Shown: positions 10,311-18,059 of the stretch, in pieces | Layout: each line of letters begins with the position of its first letter | Position numbering within the stretch: the stretch's first letter is position 1 | From: Candidatus Electronema aureum | GTDB lineage: Bacteria > Desulfobacterota > Desulfobulbia > Desulfobulbales > Desulfobulbaceae | DNA: 32,000 nt | Direction: 5' to 3' | NCBI GenBank assembly: GCA_004284765.1 | Contig: NQJD01000001.1 | Location: 120,001 to 152,000 of the forward strand | The notes under the pieces: model-generated | The model's input: the letters and a program-made list of their open reading frames with translations, nothing else | Told to the model about the DNA's origin: nothing | Database searches by the model: none | Position numbers and translations under genes: made by a program

Positions 10311-12749
10311 ATGCGCCTAACTGATTTTTCTGAAAAAGATATGTCTGAATTCAACTTGGTTCGTTATCCGGTCATGCCGCTGCGGGATATAGTCCTTTTT
10401 CCCGGCATGATCGCCCCGCTGGTCGTTGGCCGCAAGCATTCCAGCCGCGCCTTGGAACACGCAATGGAGCAGCGTTCGCTGATCTTTCTTGTCGCGCAGA
10501 AGGAGGCGGGCGTGGACGATCCGCAGGCCGCTGACCTCCGCCGCTGCGGGGTGCTGGCCACGGTCATCCAGCTACTCCGCCTGCCCGACGGCACCATGAA
10601 GGCTTTGGTCGAGGGCAAACGCCGGGCCGTGGTCGCGGCCTACATTGAGTTCAGCGACTTTCTTCGCGCCGATTTGTCGGAACGGCCTGACACCGAAGCC
10701 GAGCATCCCGATCTGCCCGCTTACAGCCGCGAACTGCGCCGCACTTTCGCCGAGTACATCAAGATCAGTCGCCAGAAGATTCCGGCGGAGATCGTCAAGG
10801 TTGCGGCGGTGATGGAAAACCCGGCCCGGCTGGTTGACCTGCTCTGCGCCCATGTTCAGCTTCCAGCTGCGGACAAGCAGGAGCTGCTGGAGACCATCGC
10901 CCTGCCAGACCGCCTCCGCCGCCTGATTGAGCTGCTGTATCGGGAAATTGAGCTGGACGGGCTAGAAAAATCCATTGAGACCAAAGTGCGCAAGCGGCTG
11001 GCCGACAACCAGCGCAACTACTATCTCGGCGAGAAGGTCAAGGAAATCCAGCAGGAGATGGGCCAAGTCCCGGACGACCACAGCGAATTGCAGGCGGCTT
11101 TGGAGAAAAAAGAGCTGCCGGAAGCGGCGCGGGAAAAGGCGATGCGCGAGCTGACCAAGCTCAAGGCCATGCCGCCGATGTCCGCCGAAAGCACGGTAGT
11201 GCGCAATTATTTGGACACCATCATCAGCCTGCCGTGGACGGAGAAAAGCGAGGCCAAGATTGACATTGAGGAGGCCGAGCGCATTCTTGATCAGGATCAC
11301 CACGGCCTGAAAAAGGCCAAAGAGCGCATTCTCGAATATCTGGCCGTGCAGGCGCAGGTGGAGAAGATACGCGGGCCGATCATCTGTCTTGTCGGCCCGC
11401 CCGGCGTGGGAAAAACTTCGATCTGCAAATCCATCGCCAAAGCCATGAACCGGAAATTTGTCCGGCTCTCGCTCGGCGGGGTGCGCGACGAGGCGGAAAT
11501 TCGCGGCCATCGCAGAACCTACATCGGGGCCATGCCGGGCAAGATCATCCACGCCATGCAGCGGGCCGAGGTGATCAACCCGGTTTTCTGCCTCGACGAG
11601 GTGGACAAGATGAGCGTGGATTTCCGGGGCGATCCCTCATCCGCGTTGTTGGAAGTGCTCGACCCGGAGCAGAACAGCGCGTTCAGCGATCATTATCTTG
11701 ATCTCGACTACGATCTGTCCGAGGTTTTCTTCATCGCCACGGCCAACAGCCTGCACAGCATCCCCCTGCCGCTGCAAGACCGGATGGAGATCATCCGCCT
11801 GAGCGGCTACACCGAGGAGGAGAAGCTGCGCATCGCTCAGGAGTATCTCGCGCCCAAGCAGCTGGAGCGCAACGGCTTTGCTGCGGACGACATTGTGTTT
11901 GCCGAAGAAGCGGTGCTGGAGATCGTCCGCCGCTACACCCGCGAGGCCGGGGTGCGCGATTTGGAACGGACTATCGCCTCCATCTGCCGCAAGGTGGCCC
12001 GCGACCGCCTGCAAAAGAAAGAGCCGGAGCGGAAATACCAGTTAGACAGCATAGCGGTGTCCGAATATCTCGGCGTGCCCAAGCACCGCTATGGCTCGGC
12101 TGAAAAAAAGGACGAGACCGGCTTGGTGACTGGCTTGGCGTGGACGGAGGTCGGCGGCGAACTGCTCCAGATTGAAACCGCTCTGATGCCTGGCACCGGC
12201 AAGCTGACTGTCACCGGCAAGCTGGGCGAGGTGATGCAGGAATCGGCGCAGGCGGCAATGGCCTGTGTGCGCGCCAGGGCAGGGCGGCTGGGGCTAGATC
12301 CGGGTTTTTACCAAAAGCTAGATATCCACGTGCATGTGCCGGAAGGGGCGATTCCCAAAGACGGCCCTTCAGCCGGCATCACGATGGCCACCTCTATTGT
12401 CTCCGCCCTGCTCAAGGTGCCGGTGGATCGCCAGTTAGCCATGACCGGGGAAATAACGCTCCGGGGCCGGGTGCTGCCCATCGGCGGCCTGACCGAAAAG
12501 CTGCTCGCCGCCAAACGCGGCGGCATCAGCCGCGTCATCCTGCCCAAGGAGAACGAGCGCGATCTGGAAGATGTTCCGGCGAAGGTCCGGGCCAGCTTGG
12601 ACATCGCCTTGGTCGAGCATGTGGACGAGGTCTTCAGCCGCGCCCTGCTTCTGCGCGAGGGCGAGGAGCTGTTCCACGACCTGCCCTTAGACGCGGCGAT
12701 TCCTCCCGCGCTCATCACCGTGCCCGCTGTTCCGGCCCAGCGCAACTGA
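10311..12749 (+). CDS. lon: ATP-dependent Lon protease (endopeptidase La)
   Basis: 812-aa ORF. It has the Lon N-domain ([23 protein letters not shown]), Walker [10 protein letters not shown] and the catalytic Ser motif [14 protein letters not shown] with the downstream Lys (LLAAKRGG). The ATG at 10311 has GAGG 5 nt upstream and directly follows the TGA of the chimeric ORF. An alternative start at 10341 ([11 protein letters not shown]...) fits typical Lon N-termini equally well. Confidence 0.95.
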   Translation: MRLTDFSEKDMSEFNLVRYPVMPLRDIVLFPGMIAPLVVGRKHSSRALEHAMEQRSLIFLVAQKEAGVDDPQAADLRRCGVLATVIQLLRLPDGTMKALVEGKRRAVVAAYIEFSDFLRADLSERPDTEAEHPDLPAYSRELRRTFAEYIKISRQKIPAEIVKVAAVMENPARLVDLLCAHVQLPAADKQELLETIALPDRLRRLIELLYREIELDGLEKSIETKVRKRLADNQRNYYLGEKVKEIQQEMGQVPDDHSELQAALEKKELPEAAREKAMRELTKLKAMPPMSAESTVVRNYLDTIISLPWTEKSEAKIDIEEAERILDQDHHGLKKAKERILEYLAVQAQVEKIRGPIICLVGPPGVGKTSICKSIAKAMNRKFVRLSLGGVRDEAEIRGHRRTYIGAMPGKIIHAMQRAEVINPVFCLDEVDKMSVDFRGDPSSALLEVLDPEQNSAFSDHYLDLDYDLSEVFFIATANSLHSIPLPLQDRMEIIRLSGYTEEEKLRIAQEYLAPKQLERNGFAADDIVFAEEAVLEIVRRYTREAGVRDLERTIASICRKVARDRLQKKEPERKYQLDSIAVSEYLGVPKHRYGSAEKKDETGLVTGLAWTEVGGELLQIETALMPGTGKLTVTGKLGEVMQESAQAAMACVRARAGRLGLDPGFYQKLDIHVHVPEGAIPKDGPSAGITMATSIVSALLKVPVDRQLAMTGEITLRGRVLPIGGLTEKLLAAKRGGISRVILPKENERDLEDVPAKVRASLDIALVEHVDEVFSRALLLREGEELFHDLPLDAAIPPALITVPAVPAQRN

Positions 12750-12786
12750 AGCACGGCGCATTTTTTGCTGCTCCCGATTTTTTTAA

Positions 12787-12815
12787 TTGACGGGCGGCGC
12801 GAATTCTGGTAAAAA
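12787..12815 (+). promoter_or_regulatory. Putative sigma70-type promoter for the tRNA-Val/tRNA-Asp pair
   Basis: TTGACG (12787..12792), then 17 nt, then TAAAAA (12810..12815). A T-rich stretch lies upstream. The -10 ends 18 nt before the tRNA-Val 5' end. Confidence 0.35.
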
Positions 12816-12833
12816 GTATGCACCATTTGGTGC

Positions 12834-12909
12834 GGGCGAATAGCTCAGCTGGGAGAGCATCGGCCTTACAAGCCGAGGGTCACAGGTTCGATCCCTGTTT
12901 CGCCCACCA
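12834..12909 (+). tRNA. tRNA-Val (anticodon TAC)
   Basis: Manual cloverleaf: acceptor GGGCGAA/TTCGCCC, D arm GCTC..GAGC, anticodon stem TCGGC/GCCGA with loop CTTACAA, T arm ACAGG-TTCGATC-CCTGT. The CCA is encoded. Confidence 0.9.
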
Positions 12910-12917
12910 AATTTTCC

Positions 12918-12994
12918 GGGGTCGTAGTTCAGTTGGTTAGAATGCCGGCCTGTCACGCCGGAGGTCGCCGGTTCGAGCCCGGTCGGCCCCGCCA
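12918..12994 (+). tRNA. tRNA-Asp (anticodon GTC)
   Basis: Manual cloverleaf: acceptor GGGGTCG/CGGCCCC, anticodon stem CCGGC/GCCGG with loop CTGTCAC, T arm GCCGG-TTCGAGC-CCGGT. The CCA is encoded. Confidence 0.9.
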
Positions 12995-13002
12995 GCAATA
13001 TC

Positions 13003-13038
13003 AGGGAGTTGCCTTGAAAAAGGTGACTCCCTTTTTTT
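13003..13038 (+). terminator. Rho-independent terminator after tRNA-Asp (possibly bidirectional)
   Basis: Stem AGGGAGT (13003..13009) / ACTCCCT (13026..13032) followed by a 7-T run. The stop codon of the convergent small ORF 13037..13210 sits in the T-run. Confidence 0.7.
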
Positions 13039-13210
13039 ATTTGTTGGGTTCGCTGTTGGGCTTTTGCTTCTCCGCCAGCACCTCGTTCAGAACTGCCTGC
13101 GCCTGAAACGGGGTCAGGCGACGAGCAGGACGAAGCATACTTAACCTACGAGTGATGCTGAAAATATAAGTCATACCTTCACCGAGTTTGCCTTTCGTCA
13201 TGATGATCAT
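13037..13210 (-). CDS. Small hypothetical protein (57 aa), not in the ORF track
   Basis: The ATG at 13210 follows AGGAGGA by 6 nt. Translation: MIIMTKGKLGEGMTYIFSITRRLSMLRPARRLTPFQAQAVLNEVLAEKQKPNSEPNK. I recognise no family. Support is the strong SD and terminator placement only. Confidence 0.35.
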   Translation of the reverse strand: MIIMTKGKLGEGMTYIFSITRRLSMLRPARRLTPFQAQAVLNEVLAEKQKPNSEPNK

Positions 13211-13221
13211 TTCTTTTCCTC

Positions 13222-13428
13222 CTATTCCCGAAAAAGGTCTTCAGCAAATTTGGGAAAGTAATTCAAGCAAAAAGAGGACGAGGCAGCAAAAACAATGACC
13301 TGGAAAGCCCAGAGTATGCCTGATGAATCAAACACCTGAAAGAGCCAGATGCAATGCAAAAAAACAAGCAGCATGAGCATAAAAAGACGACCTCCAAAGG
13401 TACAGCGGAGAATTTCTATGACAGTCAT
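13222..13428 (-). CDS. Small hypothetical membrane protein (68 aa, two hydrophobic helices)
   Basis: Its ATG overlaps the integrase stop (ATGA at 13425..13428), suggesting translational coupling. Hydrophobic segments are LFMLMLLVFLHCIWLF and ILWAFQVIVFAASSSF. The region is AT-rich and I recognise no homology. Confidence 0.3.
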   Translation of the reverse strand: MTVIEILRCTFGGRLFMLMLLVFLHCIWLFQVFDSSGILWAFQVIVFAASSSFCLNYFPKFAEDLFRE

Positions 13429-14426
13429 TCAAACACCTCTATTGCTTTCCTGACACTCTCCAGTCGGTGGACGTACCGCTGGGTTGTAGTCAAATTGGTA
13501 TGACGGAGAATGGTCTGCACATCAAGCAACGACACCTTTGCGCTGATAAGCATACTGGCAGAAAGATGACGAATGCCGTGCAGTCCGAACGGCTCTACCT
13601 CTGCTTTGCGGCAGAGCCGATCAAGCCATTTCTGGCGGTACACGTAAGGCAGGCCAGAGCGGGGATCCGGGAAAACCCAAGGGCCGGGCGTTGCAGCGAG
13701 GTGTTCCGAAAGAGCCTTGTGCAAGCGGTCGGTCAACGGCAACCAATCATACTGCTGAGAGCCATCCTTCCGTTTTCTGGTAGCAAGGCGAACGCGACTG
13801 CGATCAAAATCAACGTCTTCCCGGAGAAGGTGAAAAATTTCGTTCCGGCGAGCAGCAAGGTGCAGGTAGCAAAGCAGCATCAGTCTGTCCTGCTCGGATT
13901 CAGCAACCTCGTAAACAGCCCAAAAATCCTTTTCTGTAGGCACCTGCCGAAGAGTACGATTTTCTGCAAATCGTTCGGTAAGAAATGGATTCTCCGAAGG
14001 AAAACCGGGGAGATACTGAATGCCCCAATTCCACGCAGCAACAAGGTTCTTTCTGTCCTTGTTCGCCGCATAGCCTGATCTACGCAAAGACTGCTCGCGG
14101 AAATGGGCCAACACTTGGCCCTTGTGCAGAAAAAAAACGTCCATGTCCGAGGGAAACGCATTGAAAAGCTGCCGAAAAACGAAACGCTTTTCCTTGTAGG
14201 TTTTCGTGACGAACTTGGTTTTCGCGTGATCAAGGTACATAGTGGCCCATTCAAGCAAAGAGACCGTGCGGATCGCGGAGAATTCCTGCTGACTGCCCAG
14301 CTCTTTTTTCTTTTCCGCCTCCCACTGTTTGGCTTCGGCCTTGCTGTCGTGCTGGCTGCGGTGTTTCACGCCGCTGATCACCACCTGCGCCATCCATTTG
14401 CCGCGCTGGGCATTGAAGTGGGGCAT
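13425..14426 (-). CDS. Tyrosine site-specific recombinase (phage-type integrase)
   Basis: The C-terminal catalytic region has ...HLAARRNEIFHL..., HGIRHLSASML and LRHTNLTTTQRYVH (the R..H-x-x-R..Y signature). The N-terminal arm-type domain reads RGKWMAQVVISGVKHRSQHDSKAEAKQWEAEK. The first ATG is at 14426; the track start at 14432 is a TTG. Confidence 0.85.
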   Translation of the reverse strand: MPHFNAQRGKWMAQVVISGVKHRSQHDSKAEAKQWEAEKKKELGSQQEFSAIRTVSLLEWATMYLDHAKTKFVTKTYKEKRFVFRQLFNAFPSDMDVFFLHKGQVLAHFREQSLRRSGYAANKDRKNLVAAWNWGIQYLPGFPSENPFLTERFAENRTLRQVPTEKDFWAVYEVAESEQDRLMLLCYLHLAARRNEIFHLLREDVDFDRSRVRLATRKRKDGSQQYDWLPLTDRLHKALSEHLAATPGPWVFPDPRSGLPYVYRQKWLDRLCRKAEVEPFGLHGIRHLSASMLISAKVSLLDVQTILRHTNLTTTQRYVHRLESVRKAIEVFE

Positions 14427-14428
14427 GG

Positions 14429-14659
14429 TCAAAACGGCACGGTTTCAGTACGGAGCAGGTCGGATTTGCCTTGCAAGAAGACCGACAGGGGCGCGGTGAC
14501 AGTGCGGCGGTCTGCCGTGGTGATCTTGCGGGGCCAGTTCAAAAAAAGCTGCTCACGGGTGACAGCAACGTAGAAAATCAGGCGTTCCTCTTCGCGCTGG
14601 GCAGGGGCTGGAACAGCGGGAAGGAAAGCGCGTCTCAACCAGCTCGATAATTTAAACAA
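14429..14659 (-). pseudogene. UvrD/Rep-family helicase C-terminal remnant
   Basis: ...REEERLIFYVAVTREQLFLNWPRKITTADRRTVTAPLSVFL... matches the terminal UvrD-family motif (EERRL.YV..TRA...L.L......G....PSRFL). It has only a TTG 'start' and its upstream part is replaced by the IS200-like element. It ends 2 nt before the integrase ATG. Confidence 0.5.
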
Positions 14660-14975
14660 GTAAACCCCCGGCTCTGCCGGGGGACTCCCGAAGTTTGACA
14701 GTTCCGGGAAAATATAGAAGTCTCGCTATTCTGAACCGCTCAAAGTTCAAAAAGAGGAGACTTCCATGTACGACAGCCAAAGTCTAAGCCACACCAAGTG
14801 GGAATGCAAGTATCACATTGTCTGGATACCAAAATACCGCAAGAAAGCTCTCTTTGTCGAGTTGCGGACAACAAGCTCAGGAGAAGGAAGACCAGCGTCT
14901 TGAGCAGCTCAAGTTGTTTAACCGCTTTGAGCGGTTCAGAATCTCAAGCCACCGGCTTTGCCGGTGGTACTTGAC
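14660..14975 (+). mobile_element. Internally deleted IS200/IS605-family mini-element (tnpA remnant with both subterminal hairpins)
   Basis: Left hairpin CCCCCGGC-tctg-CCGGGGG (14665..14683) and right hairpin CCACCGGC-tttg-CCGGTGG (14949..14967). The tnpA remnant at 14766..14903 starts MYDSQSLSHTKWECKYHIVWIPKYRKKALF (the IS200 Y1-transposase N-terminus). It then jumps, out of frame, to the C-terminal ...QEKEDQRLEQLKLF block. A perfect 18-bp inverted repeat ATTCTGAACCGCTCAAAG (14728..14745) / CTTTGAGCGGTTCAGAAT (14925..14942) brackets the remnant. The outer boundaries are approximate. Confidence 0.7.
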
Positions 14976-15121
14976 TCTCTTGAAATTTCAATAGCTTCGC
15001 TCTTCCTGCTGACTTTCAGAGTCTTGATAAATTCTTTTTTTCCAAGATGCTGTGCAGCGGCAGGAATGTAATGACGAAAATAATACGTGTCACCTTTTTT
15101 GACAAGGTAGCTGGCGGCCAT
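14936..15121 (-). pseudogene. Truncated tyrosine integrase, N-terminal ~50 codons, adjacent to tRNA-Leu
   Basis: MAASYLVKKGDTYYFRHYIPAAAQHLGKKEFIKTLKVSRKSEAIEISRE is the typical N-terminus of tRNA-associated island integrases (..L.KRGDTYYFRR.IP..L....GK.EI..SL.T.D..EA). The reading frame then runs into the right hairpin of the IS200-like element and stops. Confidence 0.65.
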
Positions 15122-15149
15122 TTTGTACCATGAATTTGTACAAAGGCCC

Positions 15150-15198
15150 TGAAAACAGAAACAGGACTTTGATATTTTGCAACAATATCAAAGTCCTG
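15150..15198 (-). terminator. Rho-independent terminator downstream of tRNA-Leu
   Basis: 15-bp perfect stem CAGGACTTTGATATT (15162..15176) / AATATCAAAGTCCTG (15184..15198). On the minus strand it is followed by TTTCTGTTTT. Confidence 0.6.
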
Positions 15199-15213
15199 CA
15201 ATTTAGTTTCATG

Positions 15214-15301
15214 TGGTGCCGGAGGTCGGAATCGAACCGACACGGGCACGAGGCCCGCTGGATTTTGAGTCCAGTGCGTCTACCAGTTTCACCACTCCGG
15301 C
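15214..15301 (-). tRNA. tRNA-Leu (anticodon CAA), 88 nt with a long variable arm
   Basis: The reverse complement is GCCGGAGTGGTGAAACTGGTAGACGCACTGGACTCAAAATCCAGCGGGCCTCGTGCCCGTGTCGGTTCGATTCCGACCTCCGGCACCA. Acceptor GCCGGAG/CTCCGGC, anticodon stem CTGGA/TCCAG with loop CTCAAAA, and a type II variable arm. Confidence 0.9.
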
Positions 15302-15327
15302 GGCGAAAACAAAAATTTCGTTTGTTG

Positions 15328-15357
15328 TTTATACAGTATCACCTGTTGTGCTGTCAA
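15328..15357 (-). promoter_or_regulatory. Putative sigma70-type promoter for tRNA-Leu
   Basis: On the minus strand: TTGACA (15357..15352), then 18 nt, then TATAAA (15333..15328). The -10 lies about 27 nt upstream of the mature tRNA 5' end. Confidence 0.4.
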
Positions 15358-15398
15358 GAAGTATCTCCTTCACCCGGTTTGCTGATGAAAAGACCTGA

Positions 15399-16802
15399 TT
15401 ACAGCAACCGTACATTCAGCCCTTCTCGACGCAGGCCAAAGATACCTTCTGGGCTACTGCTGAAGGCAGGATTGTATCCGCTTCCACCGCTGCTGCCATT
15501 ACCGCCTCTTTCAGGGTTGATCAGAACAGCGGTGGCTCGTTGCTCCGGCGCAGGGCGATTGCTTGGCGGCAGCACTTTGACAAAGTGTGACAAGTCAGCA
15601 GGTTCTCCGTCTTCTGCTTCCCGAAGGCAGATGCCGAAACGGGAGCAGGCCGCAAAATAGCTCTTCTTTTTCAACCAAGCAGGCCAGCTGCCGCTACGGG
15701 CACATTCTAAGAACACCGAACCATTAACAAAAAGAATAGTGATGGTGTCTAAAGTGGCACGAGGCAAATTGAGACGGGTGGAAAAGGCTTCGTCTAAACC
15801 ATCGCGCACAGCCTGAGCTAATTGCCGTGCCGCTTTAGCATCTTGCTGCGGCATGCCAAACCGCCGCTTGGCCCAAGGATAGAGCAATAAGGCGAAAAGC
15901 AGCGCATCGTCAAAGAGTACCTTGCCAAGTTTACCGCCTTCGCTGCATATCCTGTCCGTCACTGACAACAGAGAAAGCAACTCGGCTTTGACCTCCATGC
16001 CTTCCTCGCCCTCCAACAACTCCTCGTAAAAAGGAAAGAGGACTGAAAAAATGCCGCTTTGCAGGGCAAATTCAGCCCACGCCAAACTTTTGCCGCTTTG
16101 CAAGTCTTTCAACAGTTCATCGCGGATGCGGGACGTAGGACACAGCTCAATCTTGTCGCGATGCCGAATAATGGCTTCCCACGTAGCTGCTTCAATAGTG
16201 AAACCAGCGCGGGCAGCATGACGAACAGCCCGCAGCATTCGCACCGGGTCGCGAATAATCCGACGGTCAGGATCACCGATTAGTCGGACTATGCCGTCGT
16301 TTAGGTCCTGTACCCCGCCGACATAATCAATGACCGTTTTGTTCTCCACCTCGTAAAAAAGGGAGTTGATAGTCAGGTCGCGACGAAAAGCATCCTCTTC
16401 CAAAGTGCCAAAAGTGTTGTTGGTCGGCAGGACTTGGTCTGGCTCTCCGTCCTCGTCGTATTCGCTTTGTGAACGGAGGGTTGAAACTTCGATGATTTTG
16501 TTATCGCGGAAGAAAACTTGGACCAAGCGGAAGCGCTTGCCGATAGTGCGTGAATTGCGAAAGAGCTTACGCAATTGACCGGGATGAGCATTGGTGGAAA
16601 TATCAAAATCCTTCGGCTTTTTGCCAAGATATAAATCACGCACCCCACCGCCGACCAAATACCCCGCATACCCCGCCTCCTTGAGGCGGTAGAGAATACC
16701 AAGTGCTTCCGGGTCAATGTCCTCTTCCCGCACAGGATGCTCTGCTGGCGGAATGATAATTCCCTGCTTGGACGGCTGCGCCTCAGCTGAATGATCGCTC
16801 AT
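15399..16802 (-). CDS. pcnB: Poly(A) polymerase I (polynucleotide adenylyltransferase)
   Basis: 467 aa. ALGILYRLKEAGYAGYLVGGGVRDLYLGKKPKDFDISTNAHPGQLRKLFRNSRTIGKRFRLVQVFF...IEVSTLR closely parallels the PcnB head domain. Its ATG overlaps the upstream gene's stop (ATGA). Confidence 0.85.
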   Translation of the reverse strand: MSDHSAEAQPSKQGIIIPPAEHPVREEDIDPEALGILYRLKEAGYAGYLVGGGVRDLYLGKKPKDFDISTNAHPGQLRKLFRNSRTIGKRFRLVQVFFRDNKIIEVSTLRSQSEYDEDGEPDQVLPTNNTFGTLEEDAFRRDLTINSLFYEVENKTVIDYVGGVQDLNDGIVRLIGDPDRRIIRDPVRMLRAVRHAARAGFTIEAATWEAIIRHRDKIELCPTSRIRDELLKDLQSGKSLAWAEFALQSGIFSVLFPFYEELLEGEEGMEVKAELLSLLSVTDRICSEGGKLGKVLFDDALLFALLLYPWAKRRFGMPQQDAKAARQLAQAVRDGLDEAFSTRLNLPRATLDTITILFVNGSVFLECARSGSWPAWLKKKSYFAACSRFGICLREAEDGEPADLSHFVKVLPPSNRPAPEQRATAVLINPERGGNGSSGGSGYNPAFSSSPEGIFGLRREGLNVRLL

Positions 16803-17785
16803 GACTGCACCGTGTTCTCGCTGCCTTCTTTATAAACGGATTCCGCATCTTGGACAAACTGGCGAAAGATTTCTTTGACCGGCAGAATTTCTTTCATCTT
16901 ATAGGCATTGGCCCCACAAAAGACTAAACCATTATCAACATCACCGGTACATGAAGCCATCAAGCGATCGTTGATGCAATATTTATAGCTGCACTTCTTC
17001 AAACATTTATATTTGCATTTCTCTGGCGATACATCTTCGCCACGTTCTATACGGTCAATAAAAGCAGTTCTGATCGCCCGGCCTGTCATGCCTACCGGTG
17101 ATTGCACATTGATGATGTCTTCCTTGTTGGCTCGAAGATAGGTCTCTTTAAATTCTTGCGAGACTGAGCATTCCTCACTGAGGACAAAACGAGAGGCAAT
17201 CTGAATGCCATCTGCACCGTATTTATCCATCACCTCGGCCATTTCAAAACCGTTAGTAATGCCGCCAGCGGCAATCAATGGCACTTTGCTCACCACCTTG
17301 CGGATGGCTGGGAAAATTTCTCGCAGTGGCTTGTCTGTGCCAAGATGTCCGCCTGCTTCGGCGGATTCAACTACAATAGCCGCAGCACCGAATTTTTCGG
17401 CTAATTTAGCAAAGTCAGGTGAGGAGACAATAGAGACAATCGGCGTGTTATGTTCTTTACCGATGCGGAAGATATCTCTGGAAAAACCAGCTCCAGTGAT
17501 AATCATATCGATCCCGGCCTCAATCGAACCCATGACTAACTCGTGAAAATCCTTCATCGCGTACATGATATTCACCGCGATGATGCCTTTAGTCGCCTTC
17601 TTGGCTCGGCGGATATCCTCTTGGAGTTCCGCTACTGGAATACCCGAACCACCGATAGTGCCGATTCCGCCGCATTCTGCCACTGGCACAGCTAAGGCTG
17701 AGGTGGAAACTCGGATGGACATTCCTCCCTGAATAATCGGTACACGGGCGGTGAAGGAACCTATTGTAAGTGCGGGCAGCTTCAT
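16799..17785 (-). CDS. Nitronate monooxygenase (NMO/2-nitropropane dioxygenase) family flavoprotein, FabK-like
   Basis: MKLPALTIGSFTARVPIIQGGMSIRVSTSALAVPVAECGGIGTIGGSG plus ...AAGGITNG... are typical of the PF03060 TIM-barrel FMN enzymes. It has a Cys-rich C-terminal extension (CKYKCLKKCSYKYC). I chose the ATG at 17785 because the track start at 17860 is a TTG without an RBS. Confidence 0.7.
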   Translation of the reverse strand: MKLPALTIGSFTARVPIIQGGMSIRVSTSALAVPVAECGGIGTIGGSGIPVAELQEDIRRAKKATKGIIAVNIMYAMKDFHELVMGSIEAGIDMIITGAGFSRDIFRIGKEHNTPIVSIVSSPDFAKLAEKFGAAAIVVESAEAGGHLGTDKPLREIFPAIRKVVSKVPLIAAGGITNGFEMAEVMDKYGADGIQIASRFVLSEECSVSQEFKETYLRANKEDIINVQSPVGMTGRAIRTAFIDRIERGEDVSPEKCKYKCLKKCSYKYCINDRLMASCTGDVDNGLVFCGANAYKMKEILPVKEIFRQFVQDAESVYKEGSENTVQS

Positions 17786-17949
17786 GCTTTTCTCTTGCTG
17801 GATATACGCTTCATGAAATATAACAGGATATATGCTGGGCAGTTGCAAACTGCCTGTCAATAATGCTACGCTGGGCCTGCTTTGTCAAGCATCCTCCTGC
17901 CAGACGCGGGCAATGATTTTTCATACTACCATAATTCTGTGGCATAGGC

Positions 17950-17978
17950 TTGACTTTTCCCCAGCAGACAGATAATAT
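17950..17978 (+). promoter_or_regulatory. Near-consensus sigma70 promoter upstream of hisS
   Basis: TTGACT (17950..17955), then exactly 17 nt, then TAATAT (17973..17978). Confidence 0.55.
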
Positions 17979-18059
17979 TTCACTTTCCCCCGCATGGCCC
18001 GGCACTGCCGGATTTGTCTCTTATTTCAGGGACAAAACGCTTTTCAGGAGGTGTTCCCC

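Noticed and set aside
10364-12826. Minus-strand ORFs of 84-196 aa within lon
   Set aside because: They are antisense to a fully motif-supported Lon protease.
12783-12998. 71-aa minus-strand ORF
   Set aside because: It is made entirely of the complement of tRNA-Val and tRNA-Asp.
15130-15660. 176-aa + strand ORF
   Set aside because: It runs through the complement of tRNA-Leu and then antisense into pcnB, giving a Pro/Leu/Ser/Arg-rich artefact.
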